Shown: positions 28,861 to 32,000 of the stretch, one piece after another | Numbering within the stretch: position 1 is the first letter of the stretch | How the letters are laid out: each line of letters begins with the position of its first letter | Assembly: GCF_000621645.1 (NCBI RefSeq) | Contig: NZ_JHXR01000011.1 | Span: forward strand, 90,001-122,000 | From: Vibrio cholerae ATCC 14035 | GTDB lineage: Bacteria > Pseudomonadota > Gammaproteobacteria > Enterobacterales > Vibrionaceae | Direction: 5' to 3' | Length of the DNA: 32,000 nt | Translations under genes and position numbers: made by a program | Notes under the pieces: model-generated | The model's input: the letters and a program-made list of their open reading frames with translations, nothing else | The model's database searches: none | Told to the model about the DNA's origin: nothing

Positions 28861-29754
28861 ATGAACATTCGTGATTTTGAATACTTGGTCGCATTAGCTG
28901 ACCACAAGCATTTCCGTAAAGCGGCAGAAGCGTGCTTTGTCAGCCAACCCACCTTGAGTGGCCAGATCCGTAAGTTGGAAGATGAAATTGGAACGACTTT
29001 GCTTGAGCGCAGCAGTCGTCGAGTTCTGTTTACCGAAGCGGGGCTACAACTGGTTGATCAGGCAAAGAAAATCCTTTCGGAAGTGAAAACGTTTAAAGAT
29101 ATGGCTAACCAGCAAACCGGAGCCATGACTGGGCCGTTGCACATCGGCTTTATTCCGACCTTAGGGCCGTATTTACTGCCGAAGATCATTCCTACTTTGA
29201 AAGAACGTTTCCCTGAATTGGAGCTGTATCTGCATGAAGCGCAGACTAACCAGTTAGTGCGTCAGCTCGAAGAGGGCAAACTGGATTGCTTGGTGCTCGC
29301 TTCGGTGGAAGAGACGGCACCTTTTAAAGAAATTGAGCTGTATAACGAAGTGTTGAGCATTGCAGTGCCTTGCGATCATGCTTGGGCGGCGCGTGACGAA
29401 GTGGACATGCTGGAGCTGAAAGGTAAGACCGTATTGGCTTTAGGAGATGGGCATTGCCTGCGCGATCAAGCGTTAGGTTTTTGCTTTGCTGCGGGAGCGA
29501 AAGATGATGAACGCTTTAAAGCCACCAGTTTAGAAACGTTGCGCAATATGGTGGCTGCAGGCGCGGGGATCACCTTATTGCCTGAGCTAGCCTTACCTGA
29601 AGATAAAACCAAAGATGGGGTTTGTTACCTGCGGGCGGTTAACCCGATTCCATCGCGTCGACTCGTCTTGGCTTATCGACCAGGCTCGCCTTTACGCCAG
29701 CGGTTTGAGCAGTTGGCAGAAGTGATTAAACATCGCTTACAGCAAAGCGAGTAA
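28861..29754 (+). CDS. oxyR: hydrogen peroxide-sensing LysR-family regulator OxyR
   Basis: This 297-aa ORF has MNIRD(F/L)EYLVALA(D/E)H(K/R)HFR and VSQPTLSGQIRKLEDE. The redox Cys pair sits in GDGHCLRDQALGFCF, corresponding to E. coli C199/C208. Confidence 0.96.
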   Translation: MNIRDFEYLVALADHKHFRKAAEACFVSQPTLSGQIRKLEDEIGTTLLERSSRRVLFTEAGLQLVDQAKKILSEVKTFKDMANQQTGAMTGPLHIGFIPTLGPYLLPKIIPTLKERFPELELYLHEAQTNQLVRQLEEGKLDCLVLASVEETAPFKEIELYNEVLSIAVPCDHAWAARDEVDMLELKGKTVLALGDGHCLRDQALGFCFAAGAKDDERFKATSLETLRNMVAAGAGITLLPELALPEDKTKDGVCYLRAVNPIPSRRLVLAYRPGSPLRQRFEQLAEVIKHRLQQSE

Positions 29755-29770
29755 GACGGCGAATCGAATA

Positions 29771-29801
29771 CAAAAAAGAGGCTGATGATTCAGCCTCTTT
29801 T
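29771..29801. terminator. bidirectional intrinsic terminator between oxyR and mrcA
   Basis: agaggctga (29776-29784) pairs with tcagcctct (29789-29797) across the loop tgat. It is flanked by an A-run upstream and T5 downstream. Confidence 0.85.
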
Positions 29802-29827
29802 TATTCGGTTTTCTGTACCAGAGTTTA

Positions 29828-32000
29828 CTAGAACAGCTCTTCACCAGAGCTGGTCGAATAGATGGACTCATTGACATGTTCGCTGACGTACTCTGTCGGC
29901 TCAGTGCCGGCTTCGAAATACTCAAACATCGAGCTGGAGTCGAGTTTGTTGGTCAGTAACCCCGTATCGCGGTCAATGCGAACACGAGCGATATTGTTCG
30001 GTACCGCTTTCTGTTGAACGGGCACATCTTGTAGCGCGAGAGACATAAACTCAACCCAAGCTGGCAAGGCGGTTTTACCACCCGATTCGGCACCGGAAAC
30101 ATCATCTTCAATGTTTCTATTCGGCGCTGTTTTCCCTAGGTTACGGCTATGATCATCAAAGCCCACCCAAGCCACACCAACGATGCCTGGGGCATAACCG
30201 TTGTACCATGCATCTTTTGAGTCGTTGGTGGTACCGGTTTTACCACCGATGTCGCGGCGTTTCAGTGCCTGTGCTCGCCAGCCTGTACCGTTCCAACCGG
30301 TATCTGAGCTCCACTCACCGCCACCCCAAATATTGCTGTACAGCATTTCACGCGTTAAGAAAGCGTTTTGCTCGGAAATCACTTTCGGGGCATAAGGGCT
30401 TGCTGCGTCTTGCTCGGCAAACTCATCAAGTTCCGATGAGCATTCACGGTGGCAGACGACTTTCGGCTCTGCGCTAAACTCAATGTTGCCAAATGGATTT
30501 TCGACGCGGCTGATGTAGAAAGGTTCAACGAAGTAACCATTGTTAGCAAAAACCGAGAAGCCTTGTGCCATTTGTACAGGAGTCAAGCTGCCTGCACCGA
30601 GCGCAATCGTCTCAGAGCGCGGTAACTGATCTAATTTGAAACCAAAGCGAGTTAAGTATTCGCGTGTTTCATCCAAACCCACTTCACGCAAAACGCGCAC
30701 GGCCATGACGTTTTTCGATTGGGCTAAACCAATTCTCAGTCGTGTTGGGCCGGTGTAGGTTGGTGGTGAGTTCTTCGGACGCCATGCCGTGCCTTGACTC
30801 TCATCCCATTGGTTAATCGGCGCATCATTAATCAGCGTGGCTAAAGTGAGTCCTTTATTCAGTGCCGCAGAATAGATAAATGGTTTGATACTTGAACCCA
30901 CTTGACGCACTGACTGGGTAGCTCGGTTAAATTTGTTGTGCACAAAGTTAAAACCACCAACCAACGCAGTGACCGCGCCGTTTTCTGGATTCATCGCGAC
31001 AAATGCGGTGTTGGCATTCGGAACTTGAGTTAGCTTCCAAGCGGTAATCGCGCCATCTTGGGTGCGTGGACGAACCCAAATTTGCTGTCCTGCGGCTAAA
31101 AATTCATTGGCACTTTTCGGAAGTGGGCCTTGGCGATCGTCGTTGATAAAACGGCGCGCCCAATTCATGTCTTCCCAAGCGATGGTTTGCACACCATAGC
31201 TTTTTACCCACACTTGGGCCGATTTTTCTTCAACGCTGAGAACCGCGGCAGGGAACATATCGCCATAGGTAGGTTCATTGCTCAGGTATTCAGACAGCTG
31301 AGTGCTGCTCCAAGCCGGTTGATTGACTTGCCACAACTCTTTTTCTGCACCGCGATAACCGTGACGCTCATCGTAAGCCAACAGGTTATTGATCGCGGCT
31401 TGGTTGGCGGCTCTTTGCAACTTAGAGTCGACCGTTGTGTAGACATTCATGCCTGACGTGTAAGCAGCTTCTTCACCGTAGCGTTCAACCATCCATGCGC
31501 GAGCAATTTCAGCCACATACGGTGCGTTTAACTCAATCTCTGCGCCATGGTATTTCGACAGCACAGGTTCGGCACGCGCAGCATCGTATTCTGCTTTAGT
31601 GATGTATTTTTCATCCAGCATACGCTGCAGCACCACATTACGACGGTTGGTCGCACGCTCGACGGAATAGATAGGGTTCATGGTTGAAGGGGCTTTTGGT
31701 AGGCCTGCAATCAGCGCAATTTCACCTAAGGTCAGATCTTTCACCTCTTTGCCGAAATACGCTTGCGCAGCCGCGCCGACGCCATAAGAACGGTAGCCGA
31801 GGTAAATTTTGTTGAGATACAGCTCTAAGATCTCTTGCTTGCTTAACAGTTGCTCAATATGGATCGCAATGAAGATCTCTTTGACTTTACGCATCACCTT
31901 CTTCTCATTAGAGAGGAAAAAGTTACGCGCAAGCTGCTGAGTAATGGTACTGGCACCTTGCGAAGCACTGCCCGAGGCGAGTACAGCAAAGGCGGCACGC
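29828..32000 (-). CDS. mrcA: penicillin-binding protein 1A (bifunctional glycosyltransferase/transpeptidase), 5' end outside the window
   Basis: This is collinear with recalled E. coli PBP1A from the GT51 motif (QGASTITQQLARNFF, read in frame through 31898-32000) through RKVKE...ELYLNKIYLGYR.YGVGAAAQ and the TP motifs (SSIKPF, KTGTTN) to the C-terminal ...EELF. The ORF-track start at 31897 is an internal GTG, not the true start. Confidence 0.96.
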   Translation of the reverse strand, partial: RAAFAVLASGSASQGASTITQQLARNFFLSNEKKVMRKVKEIFIAIHIEQLLSKQEILELYLNKIYLGYRSYGVGAAAQAYFGKEVKDLTLGEIALIAGLPKAPSTMNPIYSVERATNRRNVVLQRMLDEKYITKAEYDAARAEPVLSKYHGAEIELNAPYVAEIARAWMVERYGEEAAYTSGMNVYTTVDSKLQRAANQAAINNLLAYDERHGYRGAEKELWQVNQPAWSSTQLSEYLSNEPTYGDMFPAAVLSVEEKSAQVWVKSYGVQTIAWEDMNWARRFINDDRQGPLPKSANEFLAAGQQIWVRPRTQDGAITAWKLTQVPNANTAFVAMNPENGAVTALVGGFNFVHNKFNRATQSVRQVGSSIKPFIYSAALNKGLTLATLINDAPINQWDESQGTAWRPKNSPPTYTGPTRLRIGLAQSKNVMAVRVLREVGLDETREYLTRFGFKLDQLPRSETIALGAGSLTPVQMAQGFSVFANNGYFVEPFYISRVENPFGNIEFSAEPKVVCHRECSSELDEFAEQDAASPYAPKVISEQNAFLTREMLYSNIWGGGEWSSDTGWNGTGWRAQALKRRDIGGKTGTTNDSKDAWYNGYAPGIVGVAWVGFDDHSRNLGKTAPNRNIEDDVSGAESGGKTALPAWVEFMSLALQDVPVQQKAVPNNIARVRIDRDTGLLTNKLDSSSMFEYFEAGTEPTEYVSEHVNESIYSTSSGEELF

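Noticed and set aside
31897-32000. Apparent mrcA start at 31897.
   Set aside because: The frame stays open to the window edge and translates to the conserved GT51 motif QGASTITQQLARNFF. The gene is therefore 5'-truncated by the window, and the GTG at 31897 is internal.

Overview
The window reads as a densely packed, conserved housekeeping stretch of a Vibrio large chromosome. From memory, the gene order and protein sequences look V. cholerae-like, corresponding to the tpiA to mrcA region. Gene order, left to right: tpiA; four small or poorly characterised genes (CHMI-like tautomerase, DUF805 membrane protein, DUF3135-like protein, Cys-rich winged-helix regulator); groES-groEL behind a sigma-32-type promoter; a secreted repeat protein; epmB<>efp; frdDCBA; epmA; a yibN-like rhodanese; secB; gpsA; cysE; a PadR regulator; ppc; argE<>argC-argB-argG-argH; a small CxxC membrane protein; an Lpd-like flavoprotein; a Prx-Grx hybrid peroxiredoxin divergent from oxyR; and the 3' 2.2 kb of mrcA (PBP1A), which runs off the window. 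Several ORF-track starts are over-extended and I have trimmed them: tpiA, frdD, epmA, ppc, argC, the peroxiredoxin and the repeat protein. I found no rRNA, tRNA, CRISPR array, IS element, integrase, phage gene or toxin-antitoxin-like pair. Nothing here looks like an accessory island or an obvious novel multi-gene system. The observations most worth a second look are these: (1) an OxyR-linked module of Prx-Grx plus an Lpd-like reductase that carries an extra C-terminal CxxCxxxC tail. (2) A signal-peptide protein built from 14-18 aa G-x-x-[LF]-[GS]-[LF]-x-N repeats. (3) An ERIC/IRU-type repeat plus a perfect 11-bp hairpin between argG and argH. (4) A TGTGA-N6-TCACA site with both arms matching the CRP consensus, between frdA and epmA. 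(5) A SufR-like Cys-rich regulator next to small unknown genes. All functional calls rest on my reading of the translations and on recalled homologs; no searches were run.
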